Positions 21,717 through 32,186 of a DNA stretch of 64,000 bases are shown in pieces. The position numbers and the translations under genes were made by a program. Under the pieces are notes generated by a model. That model saw only the letters and a list, made by a program, of their open reading frames with translations. It had not been told where the DNA came from and made no database searches. Every line of letters starts with the position of its first letter. The first letter of the stretch is position 1. This DNA comes from Thecamonas trahens ATCC 50062 (taxonomy: Eukaryota > Protista > Apusomonadida). The DNA lies in assembly GCF_000142905.1 (NCBI RefSeq), contig NW_013657677.1, positions 458,024 to 522,023 of the forward strand, given 5' to 3'.

Positions 21717-24700
21717 GCACCCGGGCCACAGGCACCACCACCGCTCGACCTGGATGGGATGGCTGCAGACGTGGCACGCGGACGCGAGGTGGCAGACGAA
21801 CTGCTCACCGTCTCGATTCCGTCATCCGAATCTGGCGAGTTTGTGGCACAGTTCTCGGCGCTGGTGGAGGAGACCGGCACTGCGTTGACCACACTCCGTA
21901 ACGCGCTCGGCAAGGCTAACGACGCCGACGTCACCCACGCCAACGAGCGCTGGGCATCACTGCGGCACGCACTCCCACAGGCACTGGCGCTCGCCAACGA
22001 CATCCATTCGGCAGCGGCAGCATCAGTCTACTCTCGCCCAGCCTCGTCGGCGTCGCGGGCGCACTCACGCGCATCTTACACCTCAGCCGGCTCCACCGTC
22101 AACGACGATGCTGACCTCAACTCGCTGCTGGGCTCTGTGGACGTGCTCAGCTTCTACCACTCGGCAGCCGTCGAGCCTTGGCTAGACGACACCACCACAG
22201 TCAACACGCTCCCGTCGATTGCGTCGTCGGGAACCGGCTCAGCCCGGTCGCGATCGACGTTTGTTGCGCGGGCGGGCGAGACGCTAGGCGCACTGGCGCA
22301 GTTTGGCGACAACTCTCGGGCTGACGATCTGGCGCGTGCCATCTCAGCGGCCATTGGCTCCAAGAGTCATCTGCGCCTTTTCGGTGCTCTCGAGGCTGCC
22401 GAAGCTTTCTTGACGCCTCGTATGCCAAGTATGTTACAGCCGCTGATGTTGTCGACGTCGAGTCCAGGATGGCTGAGTCTGTCGGAGCCACTGGCAGCGC
22501 TGCTGTGGCACTCGATGCCATGCGCTCGGCCCATGACCGCATCCTCACACTCAAGCTCGTGGATGTTGTTCCCTCGACACCTGAGCAGGCCGCCGCCGTT
22601 GCTGCCTGGTTTGCGGCCAAAGACAAGCTTGCGATTGCGACGGCTGCCAGCCTCGGATCGCGGATGGTGACCTCTGCCGACGTCGCCGACGCCAAGACCA
22701 AGATGGCCAGCGTCAGCACGACGGATGCAGCCGTTGCTATGCAGGCCGCCCAGGCCAGCATCGACGGTCTCGACCTTGTCGACACGGTGCCCACAACGGC
22801 AGACCAGGTTGCGGCCGTGGACGCGTGGTTTGCTGCCAAGGACAACCTGGATGCGGCGGCTGCCAGCCTCGGATCGCGGATGGTGACCTCTGCCGACGTC
22901 GCCGACGCCAAGACCAAGATGGCCAGCGTCAGCACGACGGATGCAGCCGTTGCTATGCAGGCCGCCCAGGCCAGCATCGACGGTCTCGACCTCGTCGACA
23001 CGGTGCCCACAACGGCAGACCAGGTTGCGGCCGTGGACGCGTGGTTTGCTGCCAAGGACAACCTGGATGCGGCGGCTGCCAGCCTCGGATCGCGGATGGT
23101 GACCTCTGCCGACGTCGCCGACGCCAAGACCAAGATGGCCAGCGTCAGCACGACGGATGCAGCCGTTGCTATGCAGGCCGCCCAGGCCAGCATCAACGGT
23201 CTCGACCTCGTCGACACGGTGCCCACAACGGCAGACCAGGTTGCGGCCGTGGACGCGTGGTTTGCTGCCAAGGACAACCTGGATGCGGCGGCTGCCAGCC
23301 TCGGATCGCGGATGGTGACCTCTGCCGACGTCGCGACGCCAAGACCAGATGGCTAGCGTCAGCANNNNNNNNNNNNNNNNNNNNNNNNNNNNNNNNNNNN
23401 NNNNNNNNNNNNNNNNNNNNNNNNNNNNNNNNNNNNNNNNNNNNNNNNNNNNNNNNNNNNNNNNNNNNNNNNNNNNNNNNNNNNNNNNNNNNNNNNNNNN
23501 NNNNNNNNNNNNNNNNNNNNNNNNNNNNNNNNNNNNNNNNNNNNNNNNNNNNNNNNNNNNNNNNNNNNNNNNNNNNNNNNNNNNNNNNNNNNNNNNNNNN
23601 NNNNNNNNNNNNNNNNNNNNNNNNNNNNNNNNNNNNNNNNNNNNNNNNNNNNNNNNNNNNNNNNNNNNNNNNNNNNNNNNNNNNNNNNNNNNNNNNNNNN
23701 NNNNNNNNNNNNNNNNNNNNNNNNNNNNNNNNNNNNNNNNNNNNNNNNNNNNNNNNNNNNNNNNNNNNNNNNNNNNNNNNNNNNNNNNNNNNNNNNNNNN
23801 NNNNNNNNNNNNNNNNNNNNNNNNNNNNNNNNNNNNNNNNNNNNNNNNNNNNNNNNNNNNNNNNNNNNNNACGGCAGACCAGGTTGCGGCCGTGGACGCG
23901 TGGTTTGCTGCCAAGGACAACCTGGATGCGGCGGCTGCCAGCCTCGGATCGCGGATGGTGACCTCTGCCGACGTCGCCGACGCCAAGACCAAGATGGCTA
24001 GCGTCAGCACGACGGATGCAGCCGTTGCTATGCAGGCCGCCCAGGCCAGCATCGACGGTCTCGACCTCGTCGACACGGTGCCCACAACGGCAGACCAGGT
24101 TGCGGCCGTGGACGCGTGGTTTGCTGCCAAGGACAACCTGGATGCGGCGGCTGCCAGCCTCGGATCGCGGATGGTGACCTCTGCCGACGTCGCCGACGCC
24201 AAGACCAAGATGGCCAGCGTCAGCACGACGGATGCAGCCGTTGCTATGCAGGCCGCCCAGGCCAGCATCGACGGTCTCGACCTCGTCGACACGGTGCCCA
24301 CAACGGCAGACCAGGTTGCGGCCGTGGACGCGTGGTTTGCTGCCAAGGACAACCTGGATGCGGCGGCTGCCAGCCTCGGATCGCGGATGGTGACCTCTGC
24401 TGACGCGTCCGATGCACATGCCAAGCTAGCTCGCCTTGCTTCCAACCCAGCCGCGGCACCAATCCTCTCTGGCATGCAGGCAGCTCATGCACTGATCCAA
24501 ACGCTCGAGCTCGTTGACGTCTCGCCGTCATCGGCCGACGAGGCCGCCGCTGTGGCCGGATGGTTCGAGTCCAAGGCCGATCTTGACGCTGCGGCAGCTG
24601 TTGCGGCATCGGGCCTGATTGTGACCACCGCTGACGTCTCCGCCGCCGACGCATCTACCACCGAGCTCGAGAAGCTGGCAGCGTTTATGGCCTCTACTTC

Positions 24701-25481
24701 TGCGACCGGGCCTACGCAACGCCTGGCTCGCGCGGTTGACACGATGCGGGAGGTCCAGTCCCAGGTCAACGACGCAGGACTGGTTGACCTCGCTCCGGTG
24801 ACGCAAGCACAGGCTGCACTGACTGCACACTGGTTTGCGACGCGCGACAAGCTTGTCGCCGCAGGCGAGGCAGCGCGCGCTGCGGCTGCCGACGACATAG
24901 CGCAGCTGGTCATGTACTCACCACGTCGCGAGCGTGCGTACGAATCGTTGCTGCGCAAAGCGCCCTCAGTTTTGGGCAAGGCACGACGGGCGGTGGCCGG
25001 CAAAAAGCCAGTTGACGATGCAGCAGCAGATGCAGATCCTGCAGTTGAAGCGCTCCGGGCGGCCTTGGCTGCCATCGCCACGTTCCCTGGGCCGTCACCC
25101 CGGCGCGTGCCGCAGGAGCTCATAGCTGCTGCCGAGGACGCCGCGTCAGCGCTGCGCACAAAGCTCGACAGCGAAGTCAAGGCTGCGCGGCGGGTTGAGG
25201 CCAAAGCGCGGCTGGAACGCGAGCGCCGCGAGCGCCAGCTCAAGGCCAAGACCGAGGCCGAAGCCCGCGAGGCGGCTGCACTTGAAGAGGCACGTCTGAT
25301 GGCCGAGACGGTACGAGCCGCGGCGGCGGCGCGCATGGCGGAGCGCCAGCTACCCGAAATCGGGGAGGTTGACCCTTCGGCGTCGATGGGCTGGCGAAAG
25401 GAGATCAAGCTCGACCCGTCCGAGCTCAACGCACTCTACCACCGCAAGGTCTTCCTCGAGACCAAGGGAACGAAAGAGTAG
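18525..25481 (+). CDS. Large protein: divergent beta-propeller, low-complexity linker, 72-aa tandem helical repeats, C-terminal coiled coil (frame break at ~22407; spans a gap)
   Basis: WD-like segments (YLVTGDGSGYIRLL, FVTLDAAHTLSVWS). The ORF continues in the -1 frame at GCT TT CTT GAC into the repeat frame, which stays open to 25481. Confidence 0.7.
22640..24405 (+). repeat. 216-bp coding tandem repeat, near-identical, about 8 copies including the gap
   Basis: The anchor GGATCGCGGATGGTGACC occurs at 22655, 22871, 23087, 23303, then 23946, 24162, 24378 (spacing 216). Confidence 0.97.
23365..23870. other. Assembly gap inside the repeat array
   Basis: N run. Confidence 1.
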
Positions 25482-25487
25482 TATGTG

Positions 25488-26480
25488 TCACATGAACCCA
25501 TTCGCCACATACCACTCGTGGGCCGAGTCGAGGATGTCGTCCAGCGTTGGGACGGTGTAGCCAAGCGCGGCTGCAGCCCCGCTGGAGTCGACTTCATGAG
25601 AGATGGACATGTACCGCGCCTGACCGGGATTGAGCTCCGGGTGCACGCGACTCACCCAAGTCGCCCACAGCTCGACAACCCATGCATAGCCAACGAGCGC
25701 AAACTGCGGCAGCACGCATCGTGGTGGCGGCACTTCGACTCGGCGGGCGATGGCGGCAAAGACCTCCGCGTACGACACGTTGTGGCCTCCGAGCGCAAAA
25801 GCGCGGCCGCCCACAAGATCGGCTGGTGCTGTTGCTGCCGCGAGGTGTGCTGCCGCCACCGCGCGAACGCATGCCACCGACGTTCCGCCGCAGGGAATGG
25901 CCGGCACGTCGCCGGCGGCCAGGTTGATGAAGAGCCGGCCAAACTGGAGGGTAAAGTCGTACGGGCCGACGAGCATGCCGGGCCGGAGCGCGACAACACA
26001 CATCAGCGGCGAGTCGGCGGCGAGCGCCTCGGCCTCGGCCTCTCTCTTGGTCTCGCCATAGTTGTAGTCGGCCGGCATCGGCTCGAGCTCGACATCGGCG
26101 GTCGAGGTGTGGATCAGGCGCGGGATGCCTGCTGCACGCGCTGCGGCGATGACATTGCGGGTCCCGCCGATGTTGATGGCGGCCTGTCGGGCGTAGAGCG
26201 GCTTCCAGAACGAAGTGTCGCCACAAAGATGGAAGACAACATCAATCGGGACCGGATTGCCCCCACCTGGCGGCGGTCGCGGCGCGAGCGCAGCCGCCAC
26301 ATCCTCGGCGTCGGTGATGTCGCCGGCCACAAAGGTGGCCTTGGCGCACGGCGCAAGGTATTGCGTCTCGGAGCCCGGGAGACCAAAGACCGTCACCTGG
26401 GCCACGGCATCACTAGCCTCCAGCACCTGCGCAAGGTTTGCCCCCAGAAAGCCCGTCCCGCCGGTCACTGCCGCATGCAT
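25488..26480 (-). CDS. NAD-dependent epimerase/dehydratase (extended SDR; DFR/HpnA-like)
   Basis: VTGGTGFLG, GDITD, VFHL, IN..GT.NV, HTST, YGETK (YxxxK), LRPG. Confidence 0.9.
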   Translation of the reverse strand: MHAAVTGGTGFLGANLAQVLEASDAVAQVTVFGLPGSETQYLAPCAKATFVAGDITDAEDVAAALAPRPPPGGGNPVPIDVVFHLCGDTSFWKPLYARQAAINIGGTRNVIAAARAAGIPRLIHTSTADVELEPMPADYNYGETKREAEAEALAADSPLMCVVALRPGMLVGPYDFTLQFGRLFINLAAGDVPAIPCGGTSVACVRAVAAAHLAAATAPADLVGGRAFALGGHNVSYAEVFAAIARRVEVPPPRCVLPQFALVGYAWVVELWATWVSRVHPELNPGQARYMSISHEVDSSGAAAALGYTVPTLDDILDSAHEWYVANGFM

Positions 26481-26618
26481 GACTGGGTGGCGACAGGTGT
26501 GCGTGTATGTGTGTGGTGGGGCGACAGGTGCGCGGCAGCCATTTACCGCATCATGCTCAGACGTGTCGAGATCCAATGACCCCGCATAGGCACCGCATCG
26601 CCACCGACGGGAGAAAGA

Positions 26619-27008
26619 TCAGGCGTAGATGGGAACTTTGGTGATGCGCAGGTGGATGTCGCCACCTGTAGGCTCGTTGTCGCGGCCCAGGAGTGGCTCC
26701 CACACGTCGCGGACGTCGTCGTCGGCGTTGGAGAGGGCGATCTTGACCGAGCCGAGAAAGTCGTCGGCCGTGAGGGTGTCCTTGTCCCACACCTCGACCA
26801 TGACAAAGTTCTGCCGCTCCGGAGTAGCAAACACGGCGTCCCACACGGGATCGGAGGTACGGTGAGTCACCGCCGTCCGCTCCTCCTCGCCCGTCGACCA
26901 GTACAGCACGGCGTACGGGTCCGACCCTCCCGCCACATCGCTGCTCCGCAGACTCCGCGCCCCAGCCACCGCCACCTCCCACGAGTATCCAGTCACAAAG
27001 CCTGCCAT
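26619..27008 (-). CDS. Small stand-alone C2-domain protein
   Basis: ARSLRSSD..GGSDPY, TSDPVW, VEVWDKDTLTADDFLG with Ca-ligand Asp residues. The start is uncertain; an upstream exon is possible. Confidence 0.85.
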   Translation of the reverse strand: MAGFVTGYSWEVAVAGARSLRSSDVAGGSDPYAVLYWSTGEEERTAVTHRTSDPVWDAVFATPERQNFVMVEVWDKDTLTADDFLGSVKIALSNADDDVRDVWEPLLGRDNEPTGGDIHLRITKVPIYA

Positions 27009-27133
27009 GTATGCTCTCCGAACCTGTCCACTGAGCCAAGTCTGCACGTCGCTGGCTGTTCCCGCACCACCTCCCACTCTCTGTCTCGAAAGCGGAGCAG
27101 AAGCACATGGTGTGCGGGCAACCGGGCTGCAGC

Positions 27134-27225
27134 CAGCCGATGACCAGCCGATGACCAGCCGATGGCCAGCCGATGACCAGCCGATGGCCAGCCGATGGCC
27201 AGCCGATGGCCAGCCGATGGCCAGC
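27134..27225. repeat. 11-bp minisatellite (CAGCCGATG[A/G]C) x8
   Basis: Direct tandem units with no spacers. Confidence 0.95.
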
Positions 27226-27239
27226 TATGGTCTGATTGC

Positions 27240-27339
27240 NNNNNNNNNNNNNNNNNNNNNNNNNNNNNNNNNNNNNNNNNNNNNNNNNNNNNNNNNNNNN
27301 NNNNNNNNNNNNNNNNNNNNNNNNNNNNNNNNNNNNNNN
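27240..27339. other. Assembly gap (100 N)
   Basis: N run followed by poly-C. Confidence 1.
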
Positions 27340-27469
27340 CCCCCCCCCCCCCCCCCCCCCCTTCCTCCTTCGGCACGATCCGTCCACGCCCACCACACTC
27401 CACGCCCACCACGCCCACGCCCACTCCCCCACTCGACACCCACGCCCACGCCTTTCCCGCCCCCTACGC

Positions 27470-28432
27470 ATGGAAGACCCCGTTGTGATCACAGCATGTG
27501 CGGTGCTCGCAGCTTTGATGGCTCTGGTGGCCTGGCTGATGTTCCGCCCTCATGGCTCTGACCCCGCCGCTGCTCTCGACCCGGACTACATCCGCTTGGA
27601 GGAGGCCCGTATGGCTGCCGTCCTCGACGATCCGCAGGCCGACTCGCTTGCCCTCCCCAACCTGCCCACCACCCCTGTCGATCCGGTTGCGGCAGATGCC
27701 GCCGCCGCCGCCGCTCTCGATGCCGGCCTGGTCCTTGCTGCTCGATCCGGGCGCCCGCCGCTCAAGGCTCTACTCTTCCTCCACGGCCTCGGTGACTCGG
27801 GCCGGGCGTGGACTGCCCGTGCTGCTCGCTGGCAGGAGAGCCTACCTGATCTGGCGGTGGTCCTTCCGAGCGCGCCAGCGATGGCGGTGACGGCTGCCTC
27901 AGGCATGTCGCTCCCCGCGTGGTACGACGTACTCTCGATGCGGGTCGACGGGCCGCAGGCGGCCGATTCGATCCGTGCCGGCGCCGAGATGGTACGGGCC
28001 ATGGTGGCCAAGGTGGCAGAGGATCTGGGCCTTCCCCAAAGTGCGATATTGGTTGCAGGCTTCTCCATGGGCGCAGCGCTGGCCCTTTTTGCTGCGCTGG
28101 AGACCCGGTTGCTCGGCGCACCGCATCGCGGCGGCCATCTGGTAGCCGTCGGCGTCCTCTCAGGCTACCTCCCGCTGCACACCCTCGTGGCGAGCGCCAA
28201 GGCGCGGCGGCGCGGACAGCCCGAGTGGCAGCGAGCACTGCCACCGCTGGCGGTGTTCATGGCACACGGCGCCCGTGACGCGGTGGTGCCGCTGCAGGCG
28301 GCGGCGGCGTCAGCGCGGGCGCTGGAGCGCGAGCCGTGGATCGAGCTCGAGTTCTTTACAGTTCGCGGCTGCGGGCACGAGACGTGCACGGCCGAGGAGT
28401 TAGAGTTTGTGCGATGGCTCGGAGCACGGTGA
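27470..28432 (+). CDS. Phospholipase/carboxylesterase (acyl-protein thioesterase-like) with an N-terminal TM anchor
   Basis: LHGLGD, P.A..MAVT...GM..PAWYD, GFSMG (Ser), HGARD (Asp), GHE (His). Confidence 0.9.
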   Translation: MEDPVVITACAVLAALMALVAWLMFRPHGSDPAAALDPDYIRLEEARMAAVLDDPQADSLALPNLPTTPVDPVAADAAAAAALDAGLVLAARSGRPPLKALLFLHGLGDSGRAWTARAARWQESLPDLAVVLPSAPAMAVTAASGMSLPAWYDVLSMRVDGPQAADSIRAGAEMVRAMVAKVAEDLGLPQSAILVAGFSMGAALALFAALETRLLGAPHRGGHLVAVGVLSGYLPLHTLVASAKARRRGQPEWQRALPPLAVFMAHGARDAVVPLQAAAASARALEREPWIELEFFTVRGCGHETCTAEELEFVRWLGAR

Positions 28433-28452
28433 GCCGTGCCTGTATTTCTGGC

Positions 28453-31400
28453 TCACGTCCGCGGCTCGACGATACGCGACCGTTTGTGGGCCTCTTCCTC
28501 GTCGTCAAAGCCGGACATGCCTGCGGCGAGGACGGAGCGGAGGAACGAGAAACCGTCAACGGCCTCGTCACCTTCGGGCACGTACTTGGTCTGCTGGTAT
28601 TGGCGGACTTGGGTGATGGTACCGGCGACGAGCCAGCACTTCGAAAAGTTGATCAGCTGCTCGCCGTCGTGGTCGACATGATCCGGGTTGCCGTCCTCGA
28701 TGAACGTGAGATCGGTGAGGTACATGCCGAGGTACGGAATGCACGGTGGGTTGGCGAGGCCGAGGTGTGAGCGCATGTTTTTGTACGACGCGTTGCGCGA
28801 GAGGAGCTCATTGAGTGCATCCCACTGGTCGCGGGTCTTGCGGTCGAGCGCGGCCCAGTGCTTCTTGAGCCGAAAGATCGGCGACGACTGGAGCGCCGCG
28901 GTCACCTCCATGGCGCCGTTGAGGTTGTTGAGTGCGACGAGCTCGTGCCCGAACCGGATCGCTCGCTTGAGGATCTTGACGCGGTCAGCCATGCGACCTT
29001 CGACACGAAGGATCTCGTGGACAATGAACCGCGAGAAGCTGTTGAACCACCGGATCATGGCGAGCACGTTTGGCGCCTTGGTCTCCTTACCCTTTTTCGA
29101 CCACGAGAGCCCAAGGAACTCTTGCGGCCGGATGGCGATGAACAGTTTTTGCTCGTAGATCGAGAGCGCGAGCGCCAGTGACTTGATGTCCACGTCGGCG
29201 AGGGTGAGGTCGAGTGAGACCGACGGGAGCACGCCAGACGCCCGGTCGACCGTGGCCCACTCGACTATCAGCTCAGAGGCTCGGACCGAGTCGCGTGCAC
29301 TGCCGCCTGCCGCGGCTGGCACCCCCGACGCCCGCGTCAGCAGCCGCTCCAGGATCTTGGCCGGCCGCTCCATGGCCGTCGCCGGCATGACGTTCCGCAC
29401 AAACTCAAGGAGCCGCTTGGCCAGCTCGGGTTCGGCCTCAAAGTCGTAGTAAAAGTCCTTGATCCACTTCCGCAGAATGTTGAAAACCCGGAGCCGAATC
29501 GGAACCTGCTGCGACTTTGTAAAGTCGAGCAGCGCAGAGCCCGTAAGCTCCGGCGGCGGAGTGATGCAGTACCGCTCGACGAGCAAGTCGAGGAGCTCGA
29601 GCGGCGAGGTAAATGCTCGGTAGGTGAGAAGGAAGGCCCGGACGTACGACGGCATGGGCGACCGCTCGTACGTCAACAGCTCGACAAGCTTGCGAAGCGT
29701 GCCTGCGCGGACCCGGATGTCCGAGTCGACCTCGGACGCGTCGAGATCGGCCGGGGCAGTCGATGCTACCGCGACGCTCGCGCTGTCGTTGCGCGTCGCC
29801 GGACTCGCGCTCTTGGCGTCCATGAACAGCAACTCGGACGAGGCCACGAGCGAGGTCCGCGAGCCGGGCGACTGCGGCATGGCCGAACGGGCGCGGACTT
29901 TCTTGAGCAGCGTCTCGCGATCAAGCGCGGTCATCGTTTCCACCGGTTGCGATGGCTGCGAGGTGTCTGCTGCGAGGATCGAGTCGATGTCGACGGCGGT
30001 GTGGGCCTGCGGCGGCTGGTTGCGGCCGTACTCGGACGACGAGCGCGCGCGCTGGACAAATGACCGCTCAAACGAAGCGCGGTTGACGGCGCTGATACCG
30101 GAGGCCGGCTCGTTTCCGTGGATCAGTGACGGGTCGGAGGCGCGACCCGAGGGCGAGCCGGCCTGCGGCGACGAGCTGTCTGGCTGGCTCTCGGGCTTGC
30201 TATCGGCGGCTGAGCACCCTGGGCTCCCTCTCAGGGCGTCGGCTGGCACGGGGTCGGGCCGTGAAATCAGCGGCGGCAAGACCGGCGAGACCGACAGGTC
30301 CGGCGGAGGGCTAAGGCCGTCCTCGCCAAAGATGGCGACGAGGCGGAGGTAGACCTCGGCGTCGACCGAGGGCATGCTAAAGGCAGCAATGCGCTCGAGC
30401 GTCGACCACCGGTCCAGCATCTTGCGGTTCTCGTCTTCGGTCTCCTGCAGCGACCACGCGAGGTCGGCGTTGAGCGAGTTGATCCGCTGCAGGCCGCGGA
30501 GCGTGACGGCGTCCTCGCGGAGCAGGAGGCGCGTCTCAGTGTAGTCCTTCTGCTCGTCGATGAGTCGGATCTTGAGCTGCGACTTGCTCACGACAGCAGA
30601 GCCGACCAGCTCGCCGAGCCGCCGCAGCGACATCAACGACGTGGTCTTGGTAGCAATGAGCGTCTCCAGCGCCCGCCTGAGGTCGGCTTCCTCGCGGGCA
30701 TAAGCATGCGTCTCGGCGGTGAGCGCGGCGTGGCGCTTGCGCATGTCAGAGAGAGCCAGCTCGCGCTCTTGAAGGACGGCGGACAGCGCTTGGGCCTCGG
30801 CGAGCTGCGACGCGGTCGGCGCGGGCGGGCCGGACGCGTCCTTGATACGGGCCTCGAGGACAGCGACTTCTGCGGCAGCGACCGAGCGGCGAAACTCGAG
30901 CTCGCGGCGCTGGGCCACAAACGGGGCACCGCGTGCGGCGGCTGCGCACTCTGCCGCGAGCTGGCTCTTCAGCGCATGCTCAACCTCGCGCATGTCGGCG
31001 AGCAGCATCTTGGCCTCTGCGGCGTCGGCATTCCGCTCCTCGGCAGTGGTCCTGAGCGCAGCTAGCAGCGCTGACGACGACGTCATCTGGTCACGCATGC
31101 GGTCGACGACGGTGGCGAGGATAGCATGGGTCTCCAGCACGTGCTGAGTGGCTTCGGCCTTGTTGCGGAGCGTGGCGAGCTCGCACTTGGCGTCCTGGGT
31201 CACGGCAATGAGCGCAAAGAGTGACCGCCGCAACTTTTGCATCTCGGACGGCGAGCGCGCAAACCGGAAGAGCGTCCGCTCGAGCACCGACGTGTCCTTG
31301 ACTTCTTCGATGGTTGCCGAGACGACGTTACGGGCGGCTTCAAACGACTGCTGCTTGGCGGCCTGCGCGGCCTTGACGAGCTCGACAAGCTCGGCCTTTT

Positions 31401-31848
31401 CCAGCCTGAGCTCCTCGAGCTCGGCAACTCGGGCCTTGCGGGCGCGCGAGCCGGCCGACGACCGTGTCCCGCGCTTGGAAGCCGACGTCCGCTCGCGAGA
31501 GGCCAGCATAGCTCCCGCGGCCGAGACCGGCTCGTCACTCTGCTCGCCACCTTGCCCATCGCCGTCGGTCTGGGCTTCGGCGTCAGCGTCAGCGTCGGCG
31601 TCGGCGTCGGCTTGCGACGGTGGCGGCTCGGTAGCCTTGCGGGCCTCGGCATGCTTGGCCAGCAGCGTCAGCTTTTCGTTCTGCTTGGCAAGAGCGTCAG
31701 CCTGCTTGGTCAGGGCCCTTCGCTCGGCAATGACCTTGATAAGTGTCTTCTCCACCTTTGCCGACAGCGCCGCCTGCTCCTGCTGCAGCTTCGCCACCTG
31801 CGCCTGCAAGGCTGCGTTCTCGGCGGCGAGCGCCTCCTTCTCCGACAT
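28453..31848 (-). CDS. Ras guanine nucleotide exchange factor (coiled coil, REM and CDC25 domains)
   Basis: AGTLRKLVELLT, FLLTYRAF, IRLRVFNILRKW, LNNLNGAMEV.AAL.S.PI.RLKKHW, PPCIPYLGMYLTDLTFIEDGN, INFSK. Confidence 0.95.
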   Translation of the reverse strand: MSEKEALAAENAALQAQVAKLQQEQAALSAKVEKTLIKVIAERRALTKQADALAKQNEKLTLLAKHAEARKATEPPPSQADADADADADAEAQTDGDGQGGEQSDEPVSAAGAMLASRERTSASKRGTRSSAGSRARKARVAELEELRLEKAELVELVKAAQAAKQQSFEAARNVVSATIEEVKDTSVLERTLFRFARSPSEMQKLRRSLFALIAVTQDAKCELATLRNKAEATQHVLETHAILATVVDRMRDQMTSSSALLAALRTTAEERNADAAEAKMLLADMREVEHALKSQLAAECAAAARGAPFVAQRRELEFRRSVAAAEVAVLEARIKDASGPPAPTASQLAEAQALSAVLQERELALSDMRKRHAALTAETHAYAREEADLRRALETLIATKTTSLMSLRRLGELVGSAVVSKSQLKIRLIDEQKDYTETRLLLREDAVTLRGLQRINSLNADLAWSLQETEDENRKMLDRWSTLERIAAFSMPSVDAEVYLRLVAIFGEDGLSPPPDLSVSPVLPPLISRPDPVPADALRGSPGCSAADSKPESQPDSSSPQAGSPSGRASDPSLIHGNEPASGISAVNRASFERSFVQRARSSSEYGRNQPPQAHTAVDIDSILAADTSQPSQPVETMTALDRETLLKKVRARSAMPQSPGSRTSLVASSELLFMDAKSASPATRNDSASVAVASTAPADLDASEVDSDIRVRAGTLRKLVELLTYERSPMPSYVRAFLLTYRAFTSPLELLDLLVERYCITPPPELTGSALLDFTKSQQVPIRLRVFNILRKWIKDFYYDFEAEPELAKRLLEFVRNVMPATAMERPAKILERLLTRASGVPAAAGGSARDSVRASELIVEWATVDRASGVLPSVSLDLTLADVDIKSLALALSIYEQKLFIAIRPQEFLGLSWSKKGKETKAPNVLAMIRWFNSFSRFIVHEILRVEGRMADRVKILKRAIRFGHELVALNNLNGAMEVTAALQSSPIFRLKKHWAALDRKTRDQWDALNELLSRNASYKNMRSHLGLANPPCIPYLGMYLTDLTFIEDGNPDHVDHDGEQLINFSKCWLVAGTITQVRQYQQTKYVPEGDEAVDGFSFLRSVLAAGMSGFDDEEEAHKRSRIVEPRT

Positions 31849-31886
31849 GTGCAGAGGCGGTGAGTGGGAGTGGGAGGGGAGGGGAA

Positions 31887-31891
31887 GTGTA

Positions 31892-31943
<52 letters not shown>

Positions 31944-31952
31944 TGTGTGTGC

Positions 31953-31986
<34 letters not shown>

Positions 31987-32021
31987 ATGTGTGTGTGTGC
32001 GTGTGTTTGTGTGTGTGCGTG
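31887..32021. repeat. (GT)n/(GTAT)n microsatellite in the divergent promoter
   Basis: Directly visible in the sequence. Confidence 0.97.
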
Positions 32022-32186
32022 AATGTGCCCCGCTTGGGGGGCGGTGGCAGTGGAGGAGTGTCACACCCCAAATCCGCCTCGGTTGCCGCCGCCTGTTCGC
32101 ATTCGGTGCACTCTCAAACCACCACTCCCCTCCCCCTCCCCCTCCCCCCCCCCCCCTCCCCCCCCCTTCCCCAACCTCTACCCCTC

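Noticed and set aside
22395-22420. Programmed -1 ribosomal frameshifting as the main explanation for the frame breaks
   Set aside because: The sites share no X XXY YYZ slippery heptamer, and a repeat copy shows the same single-base losses, which favours sequencing error. It is kept only as a check in the findings.
22640-24405. CRISPR array or satellite interpretation of the 216-bp repeats
   Set aside because: There are no unique spacers, the unit is a multiple of three and open in frame, and the context is eukaryotic with no cas genes.
27134-27225. 11-bp repeat as a CRISPR or telomeric array
   Set aside because: The units are head-to-tail with no spacers, are not TTAGGG-like and are internal; this is a simple minisatellite.
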